This document shows, piece by piece, positions 51,543 through 64,000 of a stretch of 64,000 nucleotides of DNA. The DNA lies in NCBI RefSeq assembly GCF_036321535.1, contig NC_087436.1, positions 35,590,001-35,654,000 on the forward strand, read 5' to 3'. Position 1 is the stretch's first letter. Each line of letters starts with the position of its first letter. Under the pieces are notes generated by a model, which saw nothing but the letters and a program-made list of their open reading frames with translations, was not told the origin of the DNA and searched no databases. The DNA comes from Camelus dromedarius (lineage: Eukaryota). The translations under genes were made by a program, and so were the position numbers.

Positions 51543-52095
51543 TGAAGAGGATCAGAATTTGCCACCCCACAATCTCCCACCTTGGCAAAAGGATTATTTT
51601 GAGCTGAACACAATTAAGAAACAACAGACAAGGAGGAACTCTGCCCTCCCCTTCACCTCCTAAAAGCAGAGCACAAATTTGCCTTTGTGAAAGTGTCCTC
51701 CTTCCTTCCTCACACCCCCTAGACCAGGAAGAGGAGAATGACTCAGTTACCAGGGGGCTTTTATCACTGGAGATAGCACCCTGCGTCTGCATGACAAAAC
51801 TTACTAAAATAACCCTTATCTTCTGTTAATTTCCCCATATACTTACCTTCTTACAATTTACCACCCCTAGAAGCCCTAATCCCTTTTCCTTTGCCTTATT
51901 ACTTCTCCACAATTAATTGCCCTTTGTTAAATGACACTGAGGCTCTCAAGCCTAACCACATCTTTGGGTTTTCACTTCTTTTCTGTGAAGCTCCCTTGTG
52001 CATGAAAAATGGATCTTTTCTCCTGTTAACCTGTCTGCTGTCAGTTTAATTCACAGGCTCCATTCATTAAACTTAAGTTTTTTTCTTCTTCTACA
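51543..52095 (+). mobile_element. MER34/MER39-like ERV1 solo LTR
   Basis: tgaagaggatcagaatttgccacccc...aggattattttgagctgaa...cttctaca; TG...CA ends; 4-bp TSD AGAC/AGAT. Confidence 0.8.
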
Positions 52096-53684
52096 AGATC
52101 AAAAAACTTGCCACAAGAATGTACCTTAAGCAGATTTATCACATGCACACTTACTTCCTCCTCACGCACCTATAGCAGACATCACTAATTCATCCAGCGG
52201 CTCTTTCCTGCTGAGGCCAAACATTCCCAGAATCCTCAACACAGTTGCCACGAAACCACTTTGCTCTGCCTGCATTTCCTAATGATGTTCACAGTATATT
52301 GGCAGTTTCCCACCTTGGCTCCAAGGAGAGCCCTCCTTGACAACAGAAAAGTATCTGTGAATCGTTTTCTTTGAGAATCTTTATCCATACCACTCTGTTC
52401 TAAAGATTTTCTGAAATTAAAAAGAAAAAAAAATGCTTCCTACAGACTTGGTGATACCTCCCAGAGTCTCTCACCCAGAATCTGTAATGGACTCTCTTGC
52501 AGAATTGCCATGAAGCACATTCTCAGGCTCTTTCCTTCTGGAGAATCACCCTTCTGCCTGGTGGAGCTTTCTCAGTGTTGACTAGAGGGCATTCTCTTGA
52601 CTTTTAGGGGAAGCTAATGTGGTCTGGCAAAGACTCTTCGTCGAGGGTATTAATTCTCCCCCGAGAACATATCAATTTACACATGTCCCAAGGTTTTCCA
52701 TTAAAACAATCTCAATTTCTTCCTCTCAGTTGTCACACCAATTTCCTCAGTACAGAAAAGCTTAAGAACTGAGAAAAAAAAAAAAATAGTGAATCAGACC
52801 TAGAAACTACTGACATGGTCTCTGACTATAAAATTGTTCTGTCGTTAAATGCAATACATCGAGAGGTCAAACAAAATGTATATGACCTTTCCAATCATTT
52901 CTACGTCTTGATATATTCTGACTGACCAACAGAAAAGAGTTTTTATCCAGTGGGTGAAATAAAGTCAGCTATTCTCATTACGGGAGTTTGTTCAGCATCA
53001 AGATTATGCGTGCTAAATACAAAATCTGAAAAAAAAGTTTATGATTGATTTATTTTTTAATTGATCAGCATGTTCCAGAGATCATATGTTGAATTTACTG
53101 CAGATTTCAGAAAAGGATTCTAATTTTGGTGTTACTGAACTGGAGTAAGGAAATGACATAGTAAAAGAGAGACAAATCACCAATCTCCTTTTTAAAAGTA
53201 TCTGTCCGGGGCTTCATTCTCTTAGGATTCTAGCCCTGTATGCTGTGATACAAGCAAATTTGCGATGAGACGTTAATGGCCCAAAGTACCCCTCTATCAT
53301 ATAAAATACACATATTTCAAGATGTCCAAAGCTGAAATAGTGAGTTTGCAAACACTAAAGAAAAAAGACAGTATTACACAATAGGTTCTTTCAGCACCCC
53401 TAGAATCTTATGTGTAGGGTCTATTACTCCTAAAATTAGAGCCTCAGCAGCAGCTAAAATGTCTTAAAATAATCGTATTCGTGTTTAGACTTCTATTATG
53501 AAGGACAATTGGAGTCAAAAACAAACATAAAAATAAGCAGTTATACTAGGACTACAGGTGCACCCATCTCCTGAATTGCCTAAAACAATGAGACTTTTAT
53601 TTCATCTGTCATCACCAGGGAAAACTGGATGTTCACGCTTGAAAGTAGAAACAGGGAAAATGGATCTGATAAAATGAGTCTTAC

Positions 53685-53714
53685 CTTATCTTGGGTTGGG
53701 TCAACCCTGTGATG
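53685..53714 (-). other. candidate 30-nt microexon
   Basis: gttaacctttttcccttag|CATCACAGGGTTGACCCAACCCAAGATAAG|gtaaga on the minus strand. Confidence 0.25.
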
Positions 53715-54276
53715 CTAAGGGAAAAAGGTTAACATATATACCCTTGTTTTCACAAACATTTGCTCCTTTCAACACACAAGAACCGTCAGAAAGAGCCACG
53801 GCTTAGCTTAGAACATGTTTGTCACTTGACGTCTCGAAATCACTAAAACATTCTACAGGACCAACTGGACGTCTCCAAAAGAGCACCTGAATACCCAGAA
53901 GTGACCAGGAGTTTGATTTTAATTTCACAATTCTGGGGGACATAGAGTAATACAGAAAGAAAATGTACATAGTAATTTTTAAAATACCAATCCCTGTAGA
54001 CATTTTTTTCAATTTTAGCTACAAATAAAGGTCCACCTGCAGAGTCAGAGAATCTGTTCTGATCTTCATTGCTATATATTATTAGTTATCTCTTTTAAAA
54101 ACTGGTCTCTTTCCAATGGGTGAGTTGATACTGAGTTTCGGGCCACAGATGCTCAAGCTTCCTTCTCTTCTTAACTTCAACACAGGCCCCGACTGTACCA
54201 TAAGTTGCATAGTAGATGTGCAATAAATGTTTGTTATTGATGATGATAATGATGTAAATGATCCCCAAAATTTAGA

Positions 54277-54497
54277 CCAGGGTTCAGAAAACTATGACTC
54301 CAAATCTAGCCCACTGCCTGCCTGTGTAAATACAGTTTTATCAGAACACAGCACACCCATTCAGTCACGTATCATTTATGGTTGCTTTCATGCTACCAAG
54401 GCTGAGATGAGGAGCTGGGACAGAAATCCCATGGCCCACAAGGCATTAAGATATCTACTATCTGGCTCTTTAACAGAAAAAGTACCACAACACTTGA
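54277..54497. mobile_element. MER58A hAT-Charlie MITE
   Basis: cagggttcagaaaactatg...caaatctagcccactgcctg...gtaaatacagttttat...tactatctggctctttaacagaaaaagt. Confidence 0.85.
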
Positions 54498-57029
54498 CCT
54501 TAAAAATCCCTTAGGAGTCATTAGATAAGTGGTAATTGTCACAAGGTGTTTTTATGTATAACAACATAAAAATGTTGTTTAGAATTTGGTGTCTTCTTGT
54601 AAACCCATTAGTCTTATCTCCAGCCTCCTCGTGCCCGAGGCCCCGATCTCCGTATTTGCCTCCTCTCCATATCTGGGATTATTCACACAAGAACAGGGAT
54701 GTATGTTGCCTTAGATTTTTCTTCCTTAGTAACAATATATAGAATATTCAGGGAAAGACAATGGTAAAAGATTCTTATGATGTATTGGAAGTAAACAGCA
54801 GGGATTGTAAGTAAACTTTTACTCTCATTTTAGATGGGATGCTGGACATAACCCATTACGCATACCTGAAGGCTGTTATTTTAAAAACTGAACTAGTAAA
54901 ATCAAAGGATAGGATATACAGTACAGCCTATGATCAAAGAGGCCTGCACCTCTGCCTTAACTAACATGTGCCAGTCAAATGAACGGGAGCAGATAGCGAA
55001 ACCAGAATAACACAAAAAAGCCAAAACATACTGCTTAGAATTCCAGAGTCAAATGTTAGACAAGGTCAAGGATCATGCACATTGTGTCACAAGAAATCTT
55101 ATCCCTGAGATGTAGGAATTTTCCATATAATATTCTGGAATTGAAAAACATGTAAATATTGATTTTATGGGGTGAATGGAAGGTTTTCTTCCTTCCTCTG
55201 CAGTTGACATCCAATAAGAATGATAAACATTAGCTTTTTTTCCTCTCTCTCAGAAGAGTTAGGAAATAGAATTCTGAACTGGAAGAATCTTTGTTCAACC
55301 CTCGGAATTTATCAGATGAAATTGAGGCCCAAACCACACAACTGGCCAGAGATAGAAAGTGAACTAAAATTCAGATCTTCTGTCTCTAATCAAAAACGCT
55401 TTGCTCTACATCACATTGGGTTAATTTACCTTCACCTCTTAGATAGGTCAGGAGATAAGTTGAAGAAACTCTGAAGAGGAAGTTTTGTTCCATTCGCTTC
55501 CTTTGTGGTGATGTAAGTTGAATTCTGGACTCCCAAGCAAAACTTTAAGAAAAGGTCCTATCAGTCTTGATTAATTGCAGAAGAACCAAAGAGTAAACAC
55601 CATGTCATGAAAAGTCCTCCCCGCCACGGCTGACCTCACTAAGATGCAAGCACCATGAGGCAGTAGTTATGACCATCTGCCTTTGGAAAAGCTGTTAGTT
55701 CTTTTTTTGGTTACTGTCACTGCCCCTCCTGTTCCCTAGAGTGCACAGTAAAGACTAGATGCCTTCTGTATAATGACTGTGGTCAGCTATAAATATGAGG
55801 AAAATGAACATGCACCATCTTGATGTCAAGTTAATTTTAGCTTCACAGTTTCATTTTAAGTGTGCCCAACCTAGACTGGGCACATCAGGGCTCAGTCTAA
55901 GGAGTTTCAAAAATGGAAATTACAAAACCACAGGGCGGGACCCAAATTGTTCCGATGGTGGTAACAGTGATTGAGATGCTCTTGGGGATGTTGCCAAGAG
56001 GAGGCCTCTCACTGCTCGGTGGTGAGCTCTTAAACCACATGGATAAATAGATTCGGTCATCGCTAGGAGGTGAACAATAGCTCCTATGTTGCGGCTTTGG
56101 CTTTGTTGTGATGAATGTAAAGAGTTTCTCGCCATTCAGATGTGGACAATGCTCTATGTGTTACACAACGCATGCTGTGGGCAGGTGGGATAAAGGTTTC
56201 TTACCAAGTTATAGGTACTATCTTCCCAGTATGTTCCTTTGGCTTTAAGCGTCAGCAGTGTCTGACTACTGTTTTCAATCCACAGAACAGCTACAGAATA
56301 TGTCTGAAGATTCCAGCCTGTTATTTTTCTTCAAATCTGGGTTTCAATCTTGGTTAGTGTTTGCCCAGAAATATGTAATTGCGGACTTCCTCCTCATAAA
56401 CTCTTCCAGAGTGGAGGCTGCCAGGCGCGCATACTATTATTATCTCTTTGCCTGGGGGCTCACTGAGGGTGTGTCCTCATAGTCACAGGATGGATAACCT
56501 GCTCTCTGCCAGGAAGCCTGTATGGTTAGCAGCTGCAGCTAACAAAAAAACCCAGCTTGCACGTTTCCAATAATGTTTGCTTTTCTTCTCCTTTGGATAA
56601 AAAAAATTTAACTGGTTTCTTTATTAAAAACTCACACTTGCCTTTCCCCTATATTTTTTGGCTCATTCCTCGTTTACTCTGTTTACATTAGTCACTGTGA
56701 TTTGGCTGTACCTGCTCCTTCTCCCTCACCCAACTAATCTTATCCGGGAACTTTAGTTTCCCACTCATCAGATGTCGCTTCCTCCGTGAGTCCCGCCCGG
56801 CTTACAAACCTCCCATCCTCACACAGGAGCACGCACACACACAGACACAGTTAGCGTTTACTGCAGTCTTCTGTATGCTACCCTAGCATTCTGTTACACC
56901 TCAATTTAAAAAATCATGGTCTAACTTGTCTTATACGTAGCTGCATCCTTTCAACTTACTTCTTCTGATCTTACGTCTTCATTCTCAGTACTTAGTAGTT
57001 ATCTCAGTCCTCGGGTGAACTTAAGTAAT

Positions 57030-57975
57030 TTTTTAGTTTTGAATTTAGGTATAACTTACACATGTAAACTTCACTCATTTTAGCATATTGTTCTGGGATT
57101 CCGGACGAATGCCTGCAGTCACATGACTACCAAAATCAAGGCATCAAGCAGTTCCGTTGCACCCCAGACTCCCCTGTTCCGAGTGTAGTCAACCCCTCCT
57201 CTCATTCCCAGCCCGAGACCACCGTTTTGTTTCTGTATACAAGCTCCACACGTCCATAAACGAAATCTTACAGTTTGCAGCCTTTTGAGTGTCACTTCTC
57301 TCACTGAGCACAACGCATTTGAGAGTCTTCCAAGTTATTTCTGAGACCATTCATTCCCTTTTATTGCCGAGGAGTGTTCCACTCATGAACACACCACAGT
57401 TTTTATTTGTTTGTTTGTTTTGGTTTTTTTAACCCATTCACCAGCTGAGGGACACTGGGTTGTTTCTAGTTTGGGGCAATTGTAAATACAGCAGCTACAA
57501 GCATTCACAGTAAGATTTTTGTATGAACATAGTTTTTATTTCTTTTGGATAAATAATTAGAAATAGGATTGCTGGGTCATATGGTAAGTGTCGTCTTTAC
57601 TTTATAAGAAACTGCCTGGCTATTTGTCAGAGTGGCTCGTTCATGTCACAGTCTCACCAGCTGTATATGAATTCCAGTTTCTCCACATCCTCACCAACAC
57701 TTGATATTGTCAGTTTCTTTTCATTTTCACCATCTTAATAGGTGTGTAGTGACATCTCACAGTGGTTTTAATTTGCATTCCCCTAGAGACTAGTAATGAT
57801 GAACATCTTTTAATGTGTTTATTTGATATCCACACATCTTTGGTGAAATGTTGACTGAAATATAGTTCATTTTGGGAGGGTCTGTTTCCTTTTTATTGAG
57901 TTTTGAGAGTTCTTTTTATAGTCTGGATATTAGCCTTTTATCAGATATGCAAATGGCAAATATTTTCCCCCAAAG
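57030..57975 (-). mobile_element. L1 (L1MB/MC-type) 3' end
   Basis: aggattgctgggtcatatggtaag...tctccacatcctcaccaacacttg...gtggttttaatttgcattccc...gcaaatattttccc is the reverse of the L1 ORF2 end and 3' UTR. Confidence 0.9.
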
Positions 57976-58969
57976 TGTTTAATAACTATTTTTTAAATGA
58001 GTTGACATCTCATGTAGAGAAAAACAGTTCTTTTGAAAAGGCCTTATGACCTTCAAATTTACAAATGATGCAGCTTTATACCATTACCTCTTCAGATGAG
58101 TCAACAAGATGCTTAGAATAATGTAATGGAGAGGTTTGTAATGGTGAATCTACATTTCTACTTGGAAATTATTTAAGTGCAGCATACAGGGAGATTTGAT
58201 CTAAGGGATACACACATCTTCCAAATCACAATAAAAAAAAAAAAGATTTATCATTTAAGGACTTTTTTCCTTTGAAAGAAAATCATAATAGAAAATACAC
58301 ATTATGCACATTTTTGCTGAGCAATCAGGTATTAGTCTTTCAAATAATTTCCGTCATAAAAATCAATTATTAGAGGCGGTATATATCTCTACCAAGACAA
58401 GTCTAACAGGTAAACCATTCAGTACTGAAAACTTGCTCCTCATTCCCGTTGAAATCGGTCTGTTGGAAAAGCATATTAAAGGATTATGCAGTCAACTTCT
58501 GTGGGTAGACACACCAAGGGGATTCTTTCTATGAGGGCCATGGACTTGATGTTTCTAAGAGAATCTTCAGTCCTGTTATAAAATATTCCATTGTCAATCC
58601 CTACTTAAAGGGAAAGTTTTACAGGAAAAGGAGGAAGTTTAATTACTGTTTCTACAAATGAGGTATTCTGACATTGAGTGAATACCTAACTGGATCAAAG
58701 GACCCATATATGCAATAAAATATTGCATTTTTCAGGCATATTTATTCTCAACCAACCAATAAGCATGTCTTGTTTATACCATATTACGGACATCACAGAA
58801 GAGCTACTAAATATCATTGTTACCCGCAGTGGGAATTCCGTCTAGTTAAGGTGTCAAGAAAATAACACAAAATATTAGCAACAACACCAAATGGTGTTGA
58901 TCATTAGGTAAAGACCAAAGACAGAACAAGAGGAGCAGGCTGGGGGGAAGGAGAGGAAGCTATTAGCAC

Positions 58970-59445
58970 TGTGACTGTGAACGAAAATACTGCAATGTGA
59001 ATGAAAATACTGCAACCATGTCAGTAAACAATGCTGAAACCAAGTCATCAGTGGCTGCTGCCACCCCCAGTGAGGACAGGCCTGCAGCCCAGCCTCAGCA
59101 GCCACTCACAATGGTGCACTCTGAGGGGACTCAGAATAAGAAAGGACAGGATACTGGCCCTAGATAGCTAGGTGCTTGTCAAAGGAATGAATACAATGAG
59201 CCCAGATGTTTGCTTCCTCCCATACACAGAAAAGCACTAAATTCTGTAACTGAAGATGCCTGGTTTTCTTTAGTTAACAAGCAATCTTTTATTGTTCCAA
59301 CTACCTGGTCTTTGTTGTAAAGCTCCTATATATGCCAGCTCCTCCCCTACTTCTTCAGAGCAGTCCCTCATCCCGGCTCGAGTCCTCCCACCAAATAAAA
59401 CATAATTCTTTTAACTTTTAGGCTGTGCATTTATTTCAGTTGACA
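58970..59445 (+). mobile_element. solo ERV1-like LTR with 4-bp TSD
   Basis: TG...TTGACA ends; TSD GCAC at 58966-58969 and 59446-59449; TATA-like ctatata ~59326; AATAAA ~59394. Confidence 0.85.
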
Positions 59446-59765
59446 GCACAAACAAGCTATTTCTCTACCAACCATTCAAAAAAGCCCCCAAATATGATTC
59501 TAGACACAACAGTTCTTTGGGACAATGAGGTTCAGGTCTAATGATAGGAAGTCAACTTGTAAATATTATGTTTTCACAACTCATGTTGGCTGGAACTAAT
59601 GTTGAGGTTCAAAAGAGGAATAAAACCAAAACCTAGAGGGCTCCCAGAAAATTTCACAGAGGGAGTGGGATAAAAGCTGAACCCTGAAGCGTGGATAGAT
59701 TCTGCTTACCAGAAGAGAGACAGGAGAATGATATGAAGGAACCAAAAAAGAACCAAAGGGCAGCT

Positions 59766-60205
59766 GTGGAATGTGTCATTCTTGGGTCCCCCAGCACCTG
59801 ATGGCCCTGCTTCTCACAGAAGTTAAAAGTGCTAGGTATGTGCTTTCCCAGCCTCCCTGACTAGCACCTGTCATAGCCTCTGTCAACTGGAATCACCTGC
59901 CCCAGACTTGGAATCACTACCCAGTGGCGTGTCAGGAAGAAGCAGGTAGCATGCAGAGTGCATGTGGACCCTGTGTGGCTGAATCCTCATTCCAGAAGCA
60001 GCCAAAGCAAGGGCTAAATAACAAGACCCGTATCAGTGGGGTCGGTGGTGTGGTTAGCAGCACAGAAGTGTGTTCATTGGATTCGTTTCAGTGTATGATT
60101 TGGGGCATTGTTCCTGGATACATGGCCTCTGAGCCTAGAATCTTCCTGGAAAGTCTATGAGCCATTCAGGATCTTTTTTTCTGCTTAGATCAGCTAACAT
60201 CAATT
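59766..60205 (+). mobile_element. MLT1-like MaLR LTR
   Basis: tgctttcccagcctccct...aatcacctgcccc...tttttctgcttagatcagctaacatcaattt. Confidence 0.55.
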
Positions 60206-60210
60206 TTTAA

Positions 60211-60352
60211 TTTTTTTTTTTTTTTTTTTTTTTTGGTGGGTGGAGGTAATTAGGTTTATTTATTTATTCTTGGAGGAGGTACTGGGGATTGAACCCAGGA
60301 CCTCATGCATACTAAGCATGTGCTCTATCACCTGACCTATACCTTCCTCCCC
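60211..60352 (-). mobile_element. tRNA-Ala-derived SINE (vic-1-like)
   Basis: poly-T, then gaggtactggggattgaacccaggacctcatgcatactaagcatgtgctctatcacctgacctatacc, the reverse of the tRNA-like head. Confidence 0.9.
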
Positions 60353-60804
60353 CACTTTTTGATACTTAGAGTAGTAATGGGCATTAAATTCTAAGAACCT
60401 CTCTACCCCTTCTCAGATCCTGTAGAAAGCGTCCACTAGTAGTCTATCCTCATTTTTCTTAGCAGGTAGCATAACATAGGAGTCAAGGGCAGGGCTCTGG
60501 AGTCTGATGGCCCTGGGCTCAAACCCCAGCAATATGTGAAAACAAATCTATGGGGAATCCTAGAGCTCTCAGCAATCTGTGTGACCAGGTCATGTGTAGT
60601 TTCACACCTTCCTCGCTCATTCCCAATAAATATGTGCTTGTTGAATATGCATTCAGGGGTCCAGGACCCTTTCCATTCATTAGTCTCGTGAGAACCAATA
60701 TAGAGTTTCTGCCCATGCATTACAGAATTAAAAGATAACAAGATCAAACTCAGTGACCCGTGGTATAACGTACACTTCTAAGCTCGTTAAAACACAGCCT
60801 AGGT

Positions 60805-61043
60805 TTAGCCCCCATTAGCACATCACTGGTATTTACCAGTATTTAACTGTAAATTTCTCCTACTGGTATTTAACTTCCTGTTTGCTATTTCACTTCTCAC
60901 CGATTGCCTCACAATCCACCTTGTCTCCGGAGGACAAAGGCTGTCTGTATCTCTGGATCCTACCGCTAGGCCCAACACAGAGCTGGGCATGTAGAAGTTA
61001 CTCAATACATATTTCCTGAATGAAATACAGTCAGTGAAAGGAC
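60805..61043 (+). repeat. donor copy of a local direct duplication (L2 tail-like)
   Basis: 38-bp perfect match 60864-60901 = 62703-62740; similarity continues to ~61043 and back to ~60805. Confidence 0.9.
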
Positions 61044-61541
61044 CACAGTCACCGTCAACTAAACTGAGCTGTACTCACATGCTGGAAAAGTTCTCTCTTC
61101 CTGTATTTGTGCCACTTAAGATGCGTTTCTTGGCCTAAATGCACAGCAATAGAGGACTTGTTCCATGCATTGTGGCAGCCGCACAATGGGATGTTTCGGA
61201 GTCGTGCATCATTACCTTTTAAAGACTAGGTAGCCGAAGAGAAAGTGGTAATGATACATCACGGTTGAAAGAGAGAACTTAAGAAGGTATGTGTATATAG
61301 GTGAGTGCTGCCAGGGAACACAGTGGGATGAAAACATCTTTATTGTTAAGGTAAAATGACTTGATGTGATCTTTTCCACTATTCAGATTTTCTTTTAAGG
61401 TCTGAAAAACAATGCCAGTTCTCTAAGAATAAGGACTTGAGGTATATTTCCCTTAATTTTATAACAGTAATGGGTCCAATAAATAAAAGTGAACAGGAAG
61501 ATGCATTTCTGAGAAATCTGTCTAAGATACAGGCGAGCACA

Positions 61542-61950
61542 GTGCAGCAGGTACTGGGGGTACCCCACCCACATCCTCCTACCCTCATTCTGACTGCCAG
61601 CACCAGCATTTCTTTCCCTAAAGAGATTTCTGTCACCACCTGTGCCCTCTTAGCTTACATATTCAGTTGCCCGAAAATACCAGGGAATTGGCACCCCCAG
61701 AAGCAGCCCTCTACACAACTCCCTCGTCGTCCAGGTGGAATAACCCCAAGATTTTGTTCTAAATCATTTCCCAGAGTTCCCAGGGATGAAGTTCCAGTTG
61801 TCCAGAATAGTAAGTGGCTCAGTAATGAACCCCTTATCTCTCCTTCCCACTTCTGTCTCACTTCCCCACTCCCCTACAGGTTGTCTCCTGGGAGCGCCTT
61901 CCAAGTATACTACATTTGAATCCTTAGGCTTCACTGTGTCTGTGCTTTGG
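61542..61950 (+). mobile_element. ERV-L class LTR (LTR16-like)
   Basis: tgcagcaggtactgggggtaccccacccacatcc...ctgtctcacttccccactcccctac...tcctgggagcgccttccaa. Confidence 0.6.
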
Positions 61951-62130
61951 AAGCAGACAGGTCTGGGTTCCACTCCTGTGGCCAGCACTCACTAGCTTTA
62001 GGCAAGCAGCTTCTTTGAGGTCCCTAAGCCTTGGCTTCCTCATGTATATAACAGAGAAGATAATATCTGTGTTGCATTGTTATTCTGAGAATAAAATTAT
62101 ATGCAGCAATGTATATAAATTGTTCACACA
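61950..62130 (+). mobile_element. MIR SINE
   Basis: cagacaggtctgggttccactcctg...cactcactagc...ggcttcctcatgtatataa. Confidence 0.6.
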
Positions 62131-62201
62131 TGGGACAAAAGGGGGATGCTCTCCTTTGGTGTTTGGTGGTAGCCATAGTAACAGAAGCAGCAAAGCTTAG
62201 A

Positions 62202-62363
62202 CCCATGTTCCTCCAACTTTAATGTGTGCTGGAATCTCTTGGGGTCTTGTTAAATGTAGATTCTCATTCAGAATCCAGAGCCGGGCCTGAGAATCTGCTT
62301 TTCTAACAAACTCCCAAGTAGCACCAATGTTGTTGGTCCTCAGACCCTGCTAGGAGTAGCAAG
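62202..62363. mobile_element. MER5B-like hAT MITE
   Basis: gaatctcttggggtcttgttaaatgtagattctcattcag...ggcctgagaatctgcttttctaacaaactccca; flanks ttagac/ctagac. Confidence 0.8.
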
Positions 62364-62627
62364 AATCTAGACCCTCATCTTCTGTATGGCAAGGAATGAG
62401 GAACATCAATCATCTATATAACAATTCACTCTGGAGTTGGTCGTAAGTACTATATAACTACACACACACACTCACACACACTTTCAGGTGTTTTCAGATG
62501 AGCAGAGAAACTTTCCATCACAGATGTAACTGGGCATCGTGGATGTAACTACTTAACCACTTAATTCTTAGACTTCTTCAGGCAGGTAGGCATTCCCTCA
62601 GTTCTTCTCACTTCTGATACCAAATTC

Positions 62628-63365
62628 TGTTCCACTTAACCATTTCTATATAACAAAGCACCCCAAAGCTTAGCACGCATTATCACATCACATTTCCTCT
62701 GGTGGTATTTAACTTCCTGTTTGCTATTTCACTTCTCACCAATTGCCTCCCAAATAAGCTTGTCTCCTGGAGAACAAAGACTGTCTGCATCTTTGGATCC
62801 TACCGCTAGACCAAAACAGAACTGCGCCTGTAGAAGTTACTCAATCCATATTTCCAGAATGAAATACAGCCCAGTGGAAGGACTTCAGAACAACCATTTC
62901 ATTATTTCTCACGATGTTGTGGGTCTGTAATTTGGGCAGGGCTCAGCTGGGTGATTCTTCTGTTGCATGTGTATCTAGGTAGGTAATCCACTGGTATCCA
63001 ACTAGCAGCAGGACTGGTTTGAAGAGTCCACAACTGCTTCACTTCCATGTCTTCCATCTTGGCAAGGATGGCTGGAAGGCTGAACTCAGCATAAATTGTC
63101 GACCAGAACACTGATGAGAAGCCTCTCCAGGATGAGAGCTACAGAGGGGTCACCTCCAGCCTTGGCAGTTCAGGGTTCCAGAGTAAGTGTTGTAGTGAAC
63201 AAAGCCAAAACCGCCTGGTCTGGCATCACCTAGCCTTGGAAGTCACAAAGCATCACTTCTCTCACACTCTATTTTTCAAAACAGTTTTAAGTCCATCCAG
63301 ATTCAAAGAGAGGGGACAAGACCCTTCCTCTCGATGAATGTGCAGCCATGTCTTAAAACTGCCAC
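62628..63365 (-). mobile_element. MLT1 (MaLR) LTR interrupted by a duplicated segment
   Basis: tataacaaagcaccccaaagcttagc [insert] aacaaccatttcattatttctcacgatgttgtgggtc...gggcagggctcagctggg...gcagccatgtcttaaaactgccaca. Confidence 0.8.
62670..62883 (+). repeat. derived copy of 60805-61043 inserted in MLT1
   Basis: Direct repeat 1839 bp downstream of the donor, roughly 85% identical by eye. Confidence 0.9.
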
Positions 63366-64000
63366 AGTCCTCCTCCCTCTGGCCACAAATGCTAACACAC
63401 CTCCCACATTAAAAATACACTCCCTCCCTCCCAAGACCCTCCACGATGGTATCAGACTCTGGCCTCGGCTCAGGATAGAACTCTAGGATCTCATCATCAA
63501 AATCAAGTCTTTACCAGGTGTCTCCTAGAGGCAGCTCACTGCTAACCATGGAATCTTGCTTCTGTGAGCTTAGTTGAAAGTCAGGAATTAATCTGTAAAT
63601 TGAGAATTATATTTTGTGTAAAAAGATAGAAGAGAGTAGAAAGCAGCACTGCAAGGAATGCTTTCAATTTACTTCAAATAATATATCAAATATTACAAAC
63701 AATAAACTCAAGGAGCTAAGGTCTCCCCCGAGGCCTGGCCATAAATGAGGCACTTAGGAAAGCACAATGAATCCAGAGCCACTAGGGGACCATTCACGGT
63801 TCCAGTTAAGGCACATTCTCAAGCATCTTTCTGATTCCCAGGAACACTGCTCATCAATTAGCATTTATGCAGTGCTTAACGGTTCTGACCTGTCGTTGGA
63901 AGTGCTACCAGGGTTCAGTCGAGTATGTTTCATCCAAACAGGGCTGCATCCTCTCCTGCAGCTGTGCCAGGGGCACCGGGCGGTGAGTCACAATGCAATT

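Noticed and set aside
55861..55884. Short hairpin TGTGCCCA-N8-TGGGCACA
   Set aside because: An 8-bp stem is too short for a pre-miRNA and is expected by chance.
61437..61919. 160-aa plus ORF
   Set aside because: Lies mostly within an LTR16-like LTR; chance frame.
1..64000. CRISPR array, operon or prokaryotic defence system
   Set aside because: Mammalian repeat-rich DNA; no regularly spaced repeats or gene-dense long ORFs.

Overview
Mammalian non-coding DNA, most likely from a camelid (three tRNA-Ala-derived vic-1-type SINEs; low CpG; abundant MIR/L2/L1/LTR fossils). No protein-coding gene, RNA gene or CpG island can be identified with confidence. The short ORFs are chance frames or decayed transposon fragments. 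The window is intronic or intergenic and rich in repeats: a nested ERV-L complex at 10.5-16 kb (protease, RT, integrase and dUTPase fossils, MLT2 LTRs, an L1 insertion with a 16-bp TSD), several solo LTRs, hAT MITEs (MER3, MER5, MER58), L1s, MIRs, L2s and microsatellites. The most interesting observations are: a ~210-bp local copy inserted into an MLT1 LTR (60.8 kb to 62.7 kb); a one-LTR, TSD-less ERV-L piece that splits an older ERV-L RT with no apparent host loss; a candidate minus-strand TATA promoter/first exon ending ATG|GTGAGG near 7.45 kb; a candidate 30-nt minus-strand microexon; a CpG-retaining bZIP motif cluster at 24 kb; and a possible ancient RTE-type endonuclease fossil at 44.3 kb. 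I see no convincing novel multi-gene system. Repeat family names come from recalled consensus similarity, and boundaries of old repeats are approximate.
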